DNA of 64,000 bases from Nitrososphaeria archaeon (lineage in GTDB: Archaea; Thermoproteota; Nitrososphaeria; Nitrososphaerales; JAAOZN01), in assembly GCA_029775855.1 (NCBI GenBank), contig JARVJZ010000004.1:64001-128000 (forward strand), in the 5' to 3' direction. A program made the translations under genes and the position numbers. Below, piece after piece: positions 9,225 through 19,239 of the stretch (the stretch's first letter is position 1; every line of letters begins with the position of its first letter). A model generated the notes under the pieces. That model did not search any database and was not told where the DNA came from. It saw only the letters and a program-made list of their open reading frames with translations.

Positions 9225-9692
9225 CTAGCCCTCTGTGTCTGCTATTAAAGAGTTACTTAGTTTAAATGCAAGCATCTCTTCATGTTTGAGGCGCTCTTTC
9301 ATCATACATCTATCCATGATTACTATAAGACCGGCATTCGATGCGGCTTCAGCGGCTTCTTTGTTTACGATACCCTCCTGCATCCAGACCGCTTTAAGTC
9401 GGCCATATTTCCTCCGAATTTCTAAAGCTTCTTTAACGACAGAGGGTACATCTTCCGCTCTTCTAAATATGTCCACAACCTCTATGCTAGCTTTAAGATT
9501 CTCCGGCAGAGCTGATAGTGATGGATAGGCTTTCTCGCCAAGAACTTCTTCTGCAAAGGGATTTATGGGTATTATCTTGTATCCCTTTGACTTTAGAAAC
9601 TCTGCCACCTTGTAGCTTTCTTTGTTAGGATCTCTTGATAAACCAACTACCGCTACTATACGACACTTTAGAACCTCTTCAACCTCATCCAA
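9225..9692 (-). CDS. CoA-binding protein (YccU-like)
   Basis: VAVVGLS, IIPINP, VVDIFR, VWMQEGI, MDRC. Confidence 0.92.
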   Translation of the reverse strand: MDEVEEVLKCRIVAVVGLSRDPNKESYKVAEFLKSKGYKIIPINPFAEEVLGEKAYPSLSALPENLKASIEVVDIFRRAEDVPSVVKEALEIRRKYGRLKAVWMQEGIVNKEAAEAASNAGLIVIMDRCMMKERLKHEEMLAFKLSNSLIADTEG

Positions 9693-9713
9693 ATCTTTCT
9701 ACACACCATAAGA

Positions 9714-10355
9714 CTAAGCTCTGACAACAAAATCAATGAACTGCTCTTCCGGCAGCGCGCCAACGAACTCGAGCTTATCGTTAATTACTGTCTTAGGCAC
9801 AGCCATGACTGAGTAGCGGTTCGCGAGATGTGGAAACTCAACCGACTCAACCATATCAGCCACTATGTTAAGGTTTTCGATAGCGAGCTGATGTGCTGTG
9901 CGCACCGCTTTAGGGCAGTAAGGGCAAGTCGGTGTAACAAAGACTTGTATGTGGACCGGCTTACTTATGCTCTTCACTTTACTTACAAGCTCTGGTGGAA
10001 GTCTTGATCTACCTCTAGACACATCAACTATATCTTCAATTAATGAAGTGAATTCATAGCCTGAAGGTATACCGAAGTATCTGACCTTATATTCGTCTTT
10101 ACCAGTTATTATTGTGGCTGGTATCTTATCTACACCCAACGCCTTAGCAGTATTAGCTTCTGAGACAAAGTCGTAAACTTCTAGGTTAATCTTGTTCGAT
10201 AACGCAGCCAACTCCTCCAATAACATTCGAGTCTCCTTACAGAATTCGCATTCAAAGTCTTGTGTAAAGTAGCGTATCCTCACTTCTCCTTCGAGGTTTT
10301 GACTGAAGATTCTAGAGACCTTTCCTTTAATATCGTCCTTTAAGATAGCCATCAT
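9714..10355 (-). CDS. Protein disulfide oxidoreductase (two thioredoxin folds)
   Basis: CEFC and CPYC motifs, GIPSGYEF. Confidence 0.92.
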   Translation of the reverse strand: MMAILKDDIKGKVSRIFSQNLEGEVRIRYFTQDFECEFCKETRMLLEELAALSNKINLEVYDFVSEANTAKALGVDKIPATIITGKDEYKVRYFGIPSGYEFTSLIEDIVDVSRGRSRLPPELVSKVKSISKPVHIQVFVTPTCPYCPKAVRTAHQLAIENLNIVADMVESVEFPHLANRYSVMAVPKTVINDKLEFVGALPEEQFIDFVVRA

Positions 10356-10409
10356 TTAATCCTACTATAGAATTCTTAATAAATTATTCTACTCAATAAG
10401 CTGTGTAGG

Positions 10410-10802
10410 ATGTCAAGCAGACAGTCTATAAGTGAGGAGGTTGATGCCCTAAAAGCTTTTCTTAAAAAGCTAGATGATGAGGCTAATGACGGGGCCATAG
10501 TTGTCGTTGAAGGATTGAGAGATGAGAGAGCGCTTCGCAGCCTAGGTTTCTCCGGCACTCTCTTTCTACTCTGCCAAGGCAAGGGTATTAATCATCTACT
10601 CACGGTATCGCCATCGTTTAAAAAAGCGATAATTTTAACCGACCTTGACCGTAAAGGCGGAATACTAGCAGCTAGGGTTGTGCAAACACTTCAGAGCAAG
10701 AATATTAAAGTTGACTTATTCTTTCGCAAAGAGCTAAAGAGCATCATGCGTGGTAAGATTCGTAGCATAGAGGATCTGAAGAAGTTCAGCGACTATTTCT
10801 GA
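10410..10802 (+). CDS. Small Toprim-domain protein
   Basis: VVVEGLRD and ILTDLDRKG Toprim motifs. Confidence 0.85.
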   Translation: MSSRQSISEEVDALKAFLKKLDDEANDGAIVVVEGLRDERALRSLGFSGTLFLLCQGKGINHLLTVSPSFKKAIILTDLDRKGGILAARVVQTLQSKNIKVDLFFRKELKSIMRGKIRSIEDLKKFSDYF

Positions 10803-10805
10803 GTG

Positions 10806-11894
10806 TTATCGGCTGTGCGCAGATATCCAATATTCAAGCATCCTTTTTGCTTCGCTATCGTCTATCTGCTTTGGTGGATGCTTCATGAGCCAAGCGCTTG
10901 CTTCAACTAATGCTCCTCCTAAACCTCTATCTAACGCTAGTTTACAGCACCTTATAGCGTCTACCGCAATACCCGCGGAGTTGGCTTTATCGTCAACCTC
11001 TAACCTTAACTCTATTGTAAAGGGTATGTTTGCGAACATCCTGCCTTGAATCTTTATGAAGGCTATCTTTGTGTTTCCCAGCTGAGGTATGAAGTCGCTT
11101 GGACCCACATAGATCTTATCTTCAGGTAGCCTTTTAGGAAGGACGCTTTGAACCGCTTCAGTCTTAGAAATCTTTTTTGACTCAAGTCTTTCAACTTCTT
11201 TCAAATTCAGAAAGTCTGTGTTGCCTCCTACATTAATCTGGTATGTTTGGTCTACAATAGTTCCCCTGTCTGCACAAAGCTTAGCTAAGGCTCTGTGCAC
11301 GATTGTTGCGCCGACGACAGCTTTTATGTCATCTCCTATGACTGGTATGCCTTTTTGAGCGAATCTTTCTGCCCAACTGTTGTTTGATGCTATGAATACT
11401 GGTATGCAGTTTACAAATCCGCAACCCGTTTCTAAGGCGATTTCAGCCCAGAACTCTGTTGCTAACTGGCTTCCGACTGGTAAATAGTTAATAAGAATCT
11501 CCGTGTTGCTTCTCTTTATTTCATCTATTATCTCGTTCTTAAGAATATTTATTGGGCGTTGGTTAGTTATTGGTTTGATTTTGTTTTCTACATATATACC
11601 TACACCATCTAAGATGGGGGATTCTTTAACTACTACATCACAGTTAGAAACCTTTGAGACCCATTTAACTAAATTTGGCTCTTCATATATAGCTTCTGAA
11701 AGCAGCTTCCCAACTTTGTTTTCTCCTACATCAAAGGCGCTAGTAAATGTAATATCTTCAAGCTTATACCCCCCGATTTCCTGGTGCATCAAGCCTATTT
11801 CAGATTCACCAGTTGTTTTGTAGAATTCGATGCCTTGAACTAGGGCGCTCGCGCAGTTACCTACCCCTATTATCCCAACTCTTATTTTGCCCAT
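10806..11894 (-). CDS. ino1: myo-Inositol-1-phosphate synthase
   Basis: GIIGVGNCASALVQG, YLPVGS, GDDIK, NVGGNTDF, DKANSAG. Confidence 0.95.
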   Translation of the reverse strand: MGKIRVGIIGVGNCASALVQGIEFYKTTGESEIGLMHQEIGGYKLEDITFTSAFDVGENKVGKLLSEAIYEEPNLVKWVSKVSNCDVVVKESPILDGVGIYVENKIKPITNQRPINILKNEIIDEIKRSNTEILINYLPVGSQLATEFWAEIALETGCGFVNCIPVFIASNNSWAERFAQKGIPVIGDDIKAVVGATIVHRALAKLCADRGTIVDQTYQINVGGNTDFLNLKEVERLESKKISKTEAVQSVLPKRLPEDKIYVGPSDFIPQLGNTKIAFIKIQGRMFANIPFTIELRLEVDDKANSAGIAVDAIRCCKLALDRGLGGALVEASAWLMKHPPKQIDDSEAKRMLEYWISAHSR

Positions 11895-12099
11895 GCTCTA
11901 TGACGCTTCCTCTTGACTATATTTAAAATCTTACCATCAACATTCGCATCTTTGTTAACTTAGATGTGAACAATAGATTCAACATATACTCTGCTATTTG
12001 GTTGGAGGTGCGTGTCAACAAAGTCAAGATATGAGACAGTTGATTCTTATGTTTTTGCTAAAAACGATATATATCTTTACAACTTTTCAGCTATATTAG

Positions 12100-12119
12100 T
12101 ATGGTATATACATACCATA
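12100..12119. promoter_or_regulatory. Palindrome TATGGTAT-ATAC-ATACCATA, candidate operator of the ArsR/cdh operon
   Basis: Perfect 8-bp inverted arms about 35 nt upstream of the ArsR ATG. Confidence 0.55.
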
Positions 12120-12153
12120 GGCTTAATAGTTATCTTTTTGTAATTACTGCAAA

Positions 12154-12489
12154 ATGAGCGCTGCAGAGGTCTTAGCCGAAATGCCTGAGAGTTTTATACC
12201 CAAGGTCTGTAGAGTCTTTAGCAATCCAACTCGATACAAAATACTTTTGCTACTAGACAAAGAGCCTAGAACATTCACAGCCCTAATGAAGATGCTTACA
12301 GTCAACCCTAAGGTCTTAAATGACCACCTTAACACGCTAATAGCAAACAAGCTTGCAGCCAAATCCTATGCATATAATGTATATACATTAACTCCGCTAG
12401 GTCGTTTGGTAAAGGAAGCGCTAGCTGAGATGAACAACAAATTAAAAGAACCTTTAAAAACCTTGGCTCAGTGGGAGGGATTAGGATGA
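12154..12489 (+). CDS. ArsR-family winged-helix regulator
   Basis: FSNPTRYKILLLL...LNDHLNTL...YTLTPLG. Confidence 0.85.
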   Translation: MSAAEVLAEMPESFIPKVCRVFSNPTRYKILLLLDKEPRTFTALMKMLTVNPKVLNDHLNTLIANKLAAKSYAYNVYTLTPLGRLVKEALAEMNNKLKEPLKTLAQWEGLG

Positions 12490-12533
12490 GGAAGCTAGAC
12501 CAAAGCAGCCTCACGATAAGGAGGGATTAGAAT

Positions 12534-13994
12534 ATGCTTCTTGAATGTGACCCAAGTAAACTTAGAATAGAAACAATAGGTGTTGAGAAGCCCAACTTCC
12601 CGATGGACATAGGCGAGATGTATGAAGGCGAACGCATACGCCGCCCAGATATGCAGGTGGAGTTTGGAGGCGTTGATGTACCAAAAAAGTGGGAAATCGT
12701 CCTCACAAGAAAACCAGAAGAAATAGAAGATGGCAGAGTGATACTAATCGGACCAGACCTAAATGAACTAAAGCAAGGCGGCACCTACCCGCTAGGAATC
12801 TTAGTAGAGGTTGCTGGTGAGAAGGTTGAAAAAGACTTAGAGGGTGTGCTGGAGAGAAGAATACACTACTTCCTTAACTACATAGAAGGCGTTATGCACC
12901 TAAATCAAAGATACGATATATGGATTAGAATAGGGAAGAAAGTCTATCAAAAAGGACTGAACTCGCTAGCTTGGCTAGGTAAAGCGCTGATATGGCTCTA
13001 TAAACAGAGCTTTCCAGTAATAGAAAAGATACAAGTGAGCCTAACAACCGACCAACAAACGATAGAAAAGTTCTACCCATATGCGCTAGAAGTGTGGGCT
13101 GCAAGGGACAAACGCGCCAGAGAACTAAAAGACGAAGATGTAGAAGAATTCTACGGCTGTGTTATGTGCCAATCATTTGCACCCACACACATGTGTGTGA
13201 TAACACCTAACCGCATAGCGTCTTGCGGCTCAATAAGCTGGTTCGATGCAAGGGCAGCGTCAAAAGTAGATCCGAAAGGACCCAACTTCCCCATTCCTAA
13301 AGGGGAGTGCATCGACCCTATCAAGGGCATCTACACAGGTGTAAACGAGATTATATCTAAAAAGTCCCTCGGAAGCATAAAGCAAGTCGCGCTTTACACA
13401 TCTTTTGAAACACCACACACATCCTGCGGCTGCTTTGAGGGTATAGCCTTCTACATACCTGAAGTAGATGGTATAGCGATAGTTCACAGAGACTTTAAAG
13501 GACCTACCGTAAACGGGCTGACTTTCTCGAATATGGCTGAGCATACTAGCGGCGGCACGCAAAACCCAGGCTTCAACGGAATAGCGATAGAGTACCTTAG
13601 GTCACCTAAGTTCCTACAAGCAGATGGGGGCTGGGAGAGAATAGTGTGGATACCTAAGGCGATAAAAGATAGAGTTGGAGACAGCATACCTCAACATATG
13701 AAAGATCTAATACCAACTGAGCAAGAAGTCAAAAATATAGAGGAGTTGAAGTCTTGGCTAAAGAGTAAGAATCATCCAGTCGTTAAACGCTGGAAGCAGG
13801 TTGCTGAAGAAAAGGCGCCTGAGGTGAGAAAGGAGGCATTTGTGGAAGCCGCACCTGCTGAACTTGTGCCAGCAACAGTAGTGCCTGAAGGCTTATCCGT
13901 CCCGATAGGCGGAGGCTTCATCATCATCTTCAAGAACGCTAAGATCGTGGCTGAAAAGGTCATAATAAAGCGTGCGGAGAAGGTAGGGAAATAG
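12534..13994 (+). CDS. cdhC: Acetyl-CoA synthase (ACDS beta subunit)
   Basis: YEGERIR, EGVLERRIH, FYGCVMCQSFAP, HTSCGCFE A-cluster ligands, DGGWERIVW. Confidence 0.97.
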   Translation: MLLECDPSKLRIETIGVEKPNFPMDIGEMYEGERIRRPDMQVEFGGVDVPKKWEIVLTRKPEEIEDGRVILIGPDLNELKQGGTYPLGILVEVAGEKVEKDLEGVLERRIHYFLNYIEGVMHLNQRYDIWIRIGKKVYQKGLNSLAWLGKALIWLYKQSFPVIEKIQVSLTTDQQTIEKFYPYALEVWAARDKRARELKDEDVEEFYGCVMCQSFAPTHMCVITPNRIASCGSISWFDARAASKVDPKGPNFPIPKGECIDPIKGIYTGVNEIISKKSLGSIKQVALYTSFETPHTSCGCFEGIAFYIPEVDGIAIVHRDFKGPTVNGLTFSNMAEHTSGGTQNPGFNGIAIEYLRSPKFLQADGGWERIVWIPKAIKDRVGDSIPQHMKDLIPTEQEVKNIEELKSWLKSKNHPVVKRWKQVAEEKAPEVRKEAFVEAAPAELVPATVVPEGLSVPIGGGFIIIFKNAKIVAEKVIIKRAEKVGK

Positions 13995-13995
13995 G

Positions 13996-15195
13996 ATGGC
14001 TGGCGGGAATGATGATATTAATGAGCTAGTCAAGAAGGTAGCTGACCTCGTGCAAAAATTTGAAGAAATCGAAATAGAAAATGTGGAGCTGTCAACAGAA
14101 GAGCTACGCATTATAATCCAACCTCTTGTCCAAACCGCAATTAAACGCGCTGAAGCAGCATTAAAGGTTGAAGAAAAACCCCCTGAACTTATTAAAGCAA
14201 CATTTACACCCTACCTAGAAAAGTTCCACGGACAGATCGCTGAAGTTCAACTTGGTGCTACAAAATCTGAAGGCGGGACAAGAGGGAAGACGCTGAAAAT
14301 CGGTGGAGAGAAGACGATGCCCTTCTACAGCTTTGAAGCATCTAATCCGAATAAACCCGTCTTCGCTATGGATGTGTTCGATATGCCCATTACTTTAACC
14401 AAACCTGTTAAGCAGATGGTAGAGGATGTTATGCACGACCCTGCTGAGTGGGCTAAGAAGTGTGTAAATAAGTATGGTGCGCAAGTTGTTTCACTTAATT
14501 TGGTGAGCACAGATCCGCTCCTTGAGGACAGACCTATTCAGCAAGCTATGAAGAGCGTTGAAAATGTCCTTCAAGCGGTGGATGTGCCTATAATCATTGG
14601 AGGCTCAGGTAATCCTCAGAAGGATCCATTAGTGCTTTCTGCTGCTGCGGAAGTAGCACATGGAGAAAAGGTGGTGCTGAACTCAGTTACTATTGAGATG
14701 GATTATAAGAGGGTTGTGAAGGCTTGTAAGGAGCACGGTCATGCACTAGTTTCTTTTACACCAATGGATGTGAATAATCAGAAGCGGCTTAATCGCTTAC
14801 TGTTAGATGAGGGGCTACCGAAGAATCAGATAGTCCAAGATCCAACTACAGCTGCATTAGGGTATGGTTTAGAATACGCCTTCAGCTTAGAGGAGCGAAT
14901 AAAGCTCGCTGGGCTGATGGGTGATGAGGATCTGCAGATGCCGATTTTAGCTGCTGCAAGCAACGCATGGGGTGCTCGTGAATCATGGATGAAGGTTGAG
15001 GAGTGGGGGCCTCGTGAGATAAGAGGGCCGCTTTGGGAGACTGTAACTTGTGTAGCGCTTATGATGGCTGGTGCAGACTTATTTATGATAAGTCATCCTG
15101 CTACGATTAGGGTTGCTAAGAAGCTTGCGGACAGCCTCTTTGGCGAAGGTGTCTGTGAGCAGAAGATAGAAAATTGGATCACGAGCCTAAAGTAG
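13996..15195 (+). CDS. cdhD: Corrinoid Fe-S protein small subunit (ACDS delta)
   Basis: LGATKSEGGTRG, GGSGNPQKD, DPTTAALGYGLEY, NAWGARESW. Confidence 0.96.
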   Translation: MAGGNDDINELVKKVADLVQKFEEIEIENVELSTEELRIIIQPLVQTAIKRAEAALKVEEKPPELIKATFTPYLEKFHGQIAEVQLGATKSEGGTRGKTLKIGGEKTMPFYSFEASNPNKPVFAMDVFDMPITLTKPVKQMVEDVMHDPAEWAKKCVNKYGAQVVSLNLVSTDPLLEDRPIQQAMKSVENVLQAVDVPIIIGGSGNPQKDPLVLSAAAEVAHGEKVVLNSVTIEMDYKRVVKACKEHGHALVSFTPMDVNNQKRLNRLLLDEGLPKNQIVQDPTTAALGYGLEYAFSLEERIKLAGLMGDEDLQMPILAAASNAWGARESWMKVEEWGPREIRGPLWETVTCVALMMAGADLFMISHPATIRVAKKLADSLFGEGVCEQKIENWITSLK

Positions 15196-15207
15196 GAGGG
15201 TAAGGGC

Positions 15208-16623
15208 TTGGCTAAGCCAACACTCCTAGATGTCTATAAGTATCTACCTCAAACAAACTGTGGTGAATGCGGAGAAGTAAACTGCATGTCGTTTGCGTCT
15301 AAGCTTCTCGAGAGGCGTTATAAGCCTTCAGACTGCCCACCACTGGTAAAAGAGTCAAAATACAAGGATAAGATGGCAGCGCTAACGAAGCTTGTCGCGC
15401 CACCAGTTAGGGCTGTGGTGATAGGTAAAGGCAAAAATGCTGTAACCATAGGTGGAAAGGAGGTTATGTATCGCCACGAACTAACACTACATAACCCCAC
15501 AGCTATAGCAGTAGATGTCTCAGATTTAGACCCACCAGAACTCATTGAAGAAAGGTGCAAGAAGATCGAAGGTTTCAAGGTTATAAGAATAGGAGATGAA
15601 CTTAAACTTAACCTAGTAGCTGTTAGAGCAGCTTCTGCGGATCCTAGCCGTTTTGAGAAAGCAGTCGAGATCGCCGCAAAGAGCTGCAGCTACCCCATGG
15701 TGTTGTGCTCTTTTGACCCCACGATTTTAGCAGCTGCATTGCGGAAGCCTGAGGTTGCTGACTCAAGACCTTTACTTTATGCAGCTACGAAGGATAATTG
15801 GAGGGAGATGGTTGTTCTAGCAAGGAAATATAACTGCCCTATTGTAGCGTTTGAACCTGGCGGATTGGATGAGTTAAAGTCTCTAGCCTTAACAATAAAG
15901 GCTAATGGTGTTGAAGATATTGTGCTAGACCCAGGAACTTATACTGACGGTGCTGGTTTAAGGGACACCCTTAACAAATTTGTTATGATTAGGCGCGCTG
16001 CCATAAAAGCGGGGGATGAAGGGTTAGGTTACCCTATCTTAGGCGTACCCGCTATCACATGGCTTGATGGAGGTGAAGACCCCGTTAAATCTTACGAGGA
16101 AGCCTATCTTGCTGCGGTTATGATGGCACGCTCAGCAGACATACTGATACTTCATACATTACAACCCTATGCTCTGCTAGCCTTAACAACACTTAGGCAG
16201 AACCTCTACTCAGACCCTAGAAAACCAGTTGCGGTCGAGCCGGGTTTAAGAACATTCGGTAGACCTAGCGAAGATTCTCCTGTACTTGTGACGACTAACT
16301 TTGCCCTAACATACTACACTGTGGCAAACGATATAGAGTCACAAGGGAACAACTGCTACTTGCTAGTTGCTAACACAGGCGGCTTGGCTGTAGAATGTAG
16401 TGTAGCTGGAGGTCAGTTCAACGCATCCGTTGTGAAAAATCTTATTGATGAGACTAAGATAGAGACTAAAGTTAAGCACCGCATTCTAATCATACCTCAG
16501 CTCGCCGCAAGGCTAAAGGGTGATATTGAAGATACTACCCAGTGGGAGGTAATTGTAGGCCCGAGAGACTCCTCACAGATAAGGGACTTCCTTAATAAGA
16601 ACTGGCCGCCACAAAAGAATTAG
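15208..16623 (+). CDS. cdhE: Corrinoid Fe-S protein large subunit (ACDS gamma)
   Basis: LPQTNCGECGEVNCMSFA...CP, YRHEL, TTNFALTYYTV, VGPRDSS. Confidence 0.96.
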   Translation: MAKPTLLDVYKYLPQTNCGECGEVNCMSFASKLLERRYKPSDCPPLVKESKYKDKMAALTKLVAPPVRAVVIGKGKNAVTIGGKEVMYRHELTLHNPTAIAVDVSDLDPPELIEERCKKIEGFKVIRIGDELKLNLVAVRAASADPSRFEKAVEIAAKSCSYPMVLCSFDPTILAAALRKPEVADSRPLLYAATKDNWREMVVLARKYNCPIVAFEPGGLDELKSLALTIKANGVEDIVLDPGTYTDGAGLRDTLNKFVMIRRAAIKAGDEGLGYPILGVPAITWLDGGEDPVKSYEEAYLAAVMMARSADILILHTLQPYALLALTTLRQNLYSDPRKPVAVEPGLRTFGRPSEDSPVLVTTNFALTYYTVANDIESQGNNCYLLVANTGGLAVECSVAGGQFNASVVKNLIDETKIETKVKHRILIIPQLAARLKGDIEDTTQWEVIVGPRDSSQIRDFLNKNWPPQKN

Positions 16624-16652
16624 GTGACACATTTACGAGCTTCCGGTATAGG

Positions 16653-17060
16653 GTGGAGATCAGAAACCCAGCGAGATGCATAGGATGCTACAGCTGTGTG
16701 TTCGCCTGCTCAAGACACCTATTTAATGTAGTAGACCCCACGCGCACAGCTGTCTTTGTGGAGCTGGATCGCAAAGGTGGAAGAGCTCCTAAGGTAAGTA
16801 TGTGTAGGTTCTGTAAGGAGCCTGAGTGTGCCTACGCTTGCCCTCACGGTGCTCTGCAACCCCTTCCAGAGGGGGGTATCACACTTACGCCTTCTAAATG
16901 TGCCCCTTGCACAACTTACGATTGTGTAGAAGCGTGTCAGTATAAGGTTCTTGTGCTCGATAGGGAGAAGAAGATACCTATACTGTGTGATAGATGTGGT
17001 GATTGCGCAAAGTATTGTCCTCACAATGTTTTTTGGTATACGGAGGCTCCTGGAATATGA
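16653..17060 (+). CDS. Multi-[4Fe-4S] ferredoxin (AOR small subunit / CooF-like)
   Basis: CIGCYSCVFAC, CRFCKEPEC-x3-CP, CDRCGDCAKYCP; ATGA overlap with the next gene. Confidence 0.9.
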   Translation: MEIRNPARCIGCYSCVFACSRHLFNVVDPTRTAVFVELDRKGGRAPKVSMCRFCKEPECAYACPHGALQPLPEGGITLTPSKCAPCTTYDCVEACQYKVLVLDREKKIPILCDRCGDCAKYCPHNVFWYTEAPGI

Positions 17061-18874
17061 ATAGTAGAGTTCTTTATGTTGATCTATCTGAATGCAAGAG
17101 TCGAGTTGAAGATAGGCGGGATCTATTCGAGAGTATGTTAGGTGGTGTAGGTGTTGCTTCACAAATACTTCTAGAAGAGAGCAAGCCACGCATAGACCCC
17201 TTCTCACCAGAAGCCCCAATAATATTTGCAACAGGACCTTTAACAGGCATATATCCGTGCATGGCTAAAGCGGTCGCGCTTTTTAAGTCTCCTCTTACTG
17301 GGAATTTGGGTGAAACGCATGCTGGTGGACACTTCGCAACCGCTTTAGCTACAGCAGGATACGGTGCACTTGTAATAAAAGGAAGCGCTCTACACCCTCA
17401 GGTACTTAAGATACGTGATGACAGGGTTGAGTTGAAGACAGCCTCCTCTCTTTGGGGGCTTGGGACAAGGGCGGTTGATGAAGCATTAGCTGAGCCGATT
17501 AAAACTGGTTTACAGAGCATAGCGGCCATAGGTCCGGCTGGCGAGCATATGGTACTCTATTCAAATGTTATAGTAGACCTTCACCACCATTTTGGAAGGT
17601 TAGGTTTAGGTGCGGTTTTAGGAGCTAAGAAGATTAAGGCTATTTCAATCATCGGCACCAAGAGCATTACACTAGAAAAACCTAACGCTGTAAAGGCGTT
17701 TTACGAGAAGATTGAGCACGAAGTTGTCGCTACAGATAAGATGTTGAAGTATCACAATTTAGGCACACCTAGTAACGTGCTTGAATTAAATGCGTTAGGC
17801 GCTTTACCTACTCGAAACTTTCGGGAAAGGAGATTTGAAGGCGCTGAAGAGATGTCTGGAGAAAGATTCGCTGAGACTGTGTTTAGGAGGAAGGTTACTT
17901 GCACTAACTGCCCAGTAGCATGCATACATCTAGGCGCATTTACAAAGAGTTTCGCACCGGAGCACGAGCGTGGTAGAAGTGAGATTATTAAGGAGGAGTT
18001 GGTTGTTGCATATAACTATGAACCTATGTTCGCACTAGGTTCAAACCTTGGAATAAGCGAACCAAGCCGTATACTTGAACTCATTGAGTTATGCGAAGAT
18101 CTGGGCTTAGACGCTATGATGACAGGCTCTGTTTTAGCGTGGGTGACTGAAGCTTGTGAGAGAGGGGTGTTAGACGAAAAAATTCTTGGAATTAAGCCAA
18201 AATGGGGTGATCCTGATAATATTTACCCGCAGATGATTAGAAGGATAGCCGAATCTAAAGACCCCTTCTATGCAAAGCTTGCCCAAGGTCTAGTCAAAGC
18301 TTCAGAGAGATATGGAGGTAATGAGTTTGCAGCCTCTCTAGGTGGGAACAGCCCAGCAGGCTACGCCACAGGCTATGGGCACATAGTGGGAACCCTTGTG
18401 GGAGCAAGGCATTCCCATCTCAGCAACTCAGGCTACTCCATAGATCAGCAGATAATATCAGGAAAAGCTAAGGTTGACGATATAGCAGAGTTTCTGGTGA
18501 GGCAAGAGAATTGGCTCTATGTGCTTTATTCTCTAGTAGCATGCTACTTTTCAAGGAGTGTGTATACTCCTGAGTATGTGGTAGAGGCTTTAACTACTGT
18601 AGGTATAAACACAACCAAGGAGGAGTTGGAGAAGCTGGGAATGAAGGTCTTTCATAATCTCTACAAGTTTAAGATGCAAGAAGGCTTCGACTTAGAGAAG
18701 CAGTATATACCTAAGCTTCTTAAAGAGCTCGATACACCAATCGGAAGATTAGAGCCACAAACGTTAAACAAGATAGTTAAGAGGTATATAGCTCTAAGGG
18801 AGAGAGAAGGGTTAAAAATAAGTAGAGAGGAGAAAACATTAGCAGACCTACTTCTCCCTTCAGATAAAGATTAG
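17057..18874 (+). CDS. Aldehyde:ferredoxin oxidoreductase family (W-pterin) enzyme, variant clade
   Basis: KSPLTG, IGPAGE, GRLGLGAVLGAKKIK, CTNCPVAC, DLGLD, SLVACYF; ATG 17057 overlaps the ferredoxin stop. Confidence 0.9.
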   Translation: MNSRVLYVDLSECKSRVEDRRDLFESMLGGVGVASQILLEESKPRIDPFSPEAPIIFATGPLTGIYPCMAKAVALFKSPLTGNLGETHAGGHFATALATAGYGALVIKGSALHPQVLKIRDDRVELKTASSLWGLGTRAVDEALAEPIKTGLQSIAAIGPAGEHMVLYSNVIVDLHHHFGRLGLGAVLGAKKIKAISIIGTKSITLEKPNAVKAFYEKIEHEVVATDKMLKYHNLGTPSNVLELNALGALPTRNFRERRFEGAEEMSGERFAETVFRRKVTCTNCPVACIHLGAFTKSFAPEHERGRSEIIKEELVVAYNYEPMFALGSNLGISEPSRILELIELCEDLGLDAMMTGSVLAWVTEACERGVLDEKILGIKPKWGDPDNIYPQMIRRIAESKDPFYAKLAQGLVKASERYGGNEFAASLGGNSPAGYATGYGHIVGTLVGARHSHLSNSGYSIDQQIISGKAKVDDIAEFLVRQENWLYVLYSLVACYFSRSVYTPEYVVEALTTVGINTTKEELEKLGMKVFHNLYKFKMQEGFDLEKQYIPKLLKELDTPIGRLEPQTLNKIVKRYIALREREGLKISREEKTLADLLLPSDKD

Positions 18875-18894
18875 AGGAGGAGGTGAAAAGAAAC

Positions 18895-19239
18895 TTGTGT
18901 GAACTTAAGGTGTCTTTAAAGGAGGACGGCAAGTCGGTAGAGGTTGCGCAAGATGTGATCTACGTTAAGCTATCTGAGCAAAATCTCATATTGAGAGATG
19001 TTTTAGGCAGCTCTAAGATCGTTGAAGGCGCGTTAGTTGAGGAGCTCGATATATCTAAAGAGAGCCTAATCCTCCTTAAATCGCCTCTGCTCACCAAGGT
19101 GGCAAGATTCCTTAGTATACTTAACGCATCTATTTCCACCAGAAGATATGACCAAAGCATCGAAGCAGCTTGGGAGGATGTTAAGGCTGAAGGCGATAGA
19201 TGCATCAGAGAAGCGTGGAAGATGGGTAGGAAAGGTTGA
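18895..19239 (+). CDS. cooT: CooT-family nickel chaperone with C-terminal extension
   Basis: TTG after GGAGGTG gives MCELKV (Cys2); LILRDVLGSSKIVEG pattern; beside cooC. Confidence 0.75.
   Translation: MCELKVSLKEDGKSVEVAQDVIYVKLSEQNLILRDVLGSSKIVEGALVEELDISKESLILLKSPLLTKVARFLSILNASISTRRYDQSIEAAWEDVKAEGDRCIREAWKMGRKG

Noticed and set aside
12528-12530. In-frame TAG before cdhC as pyrrolysine readthrough
   Set aside because: A strong AGGAGGG RBS supports ATG 12534; no pyl genes or other in-frame amber codons seen
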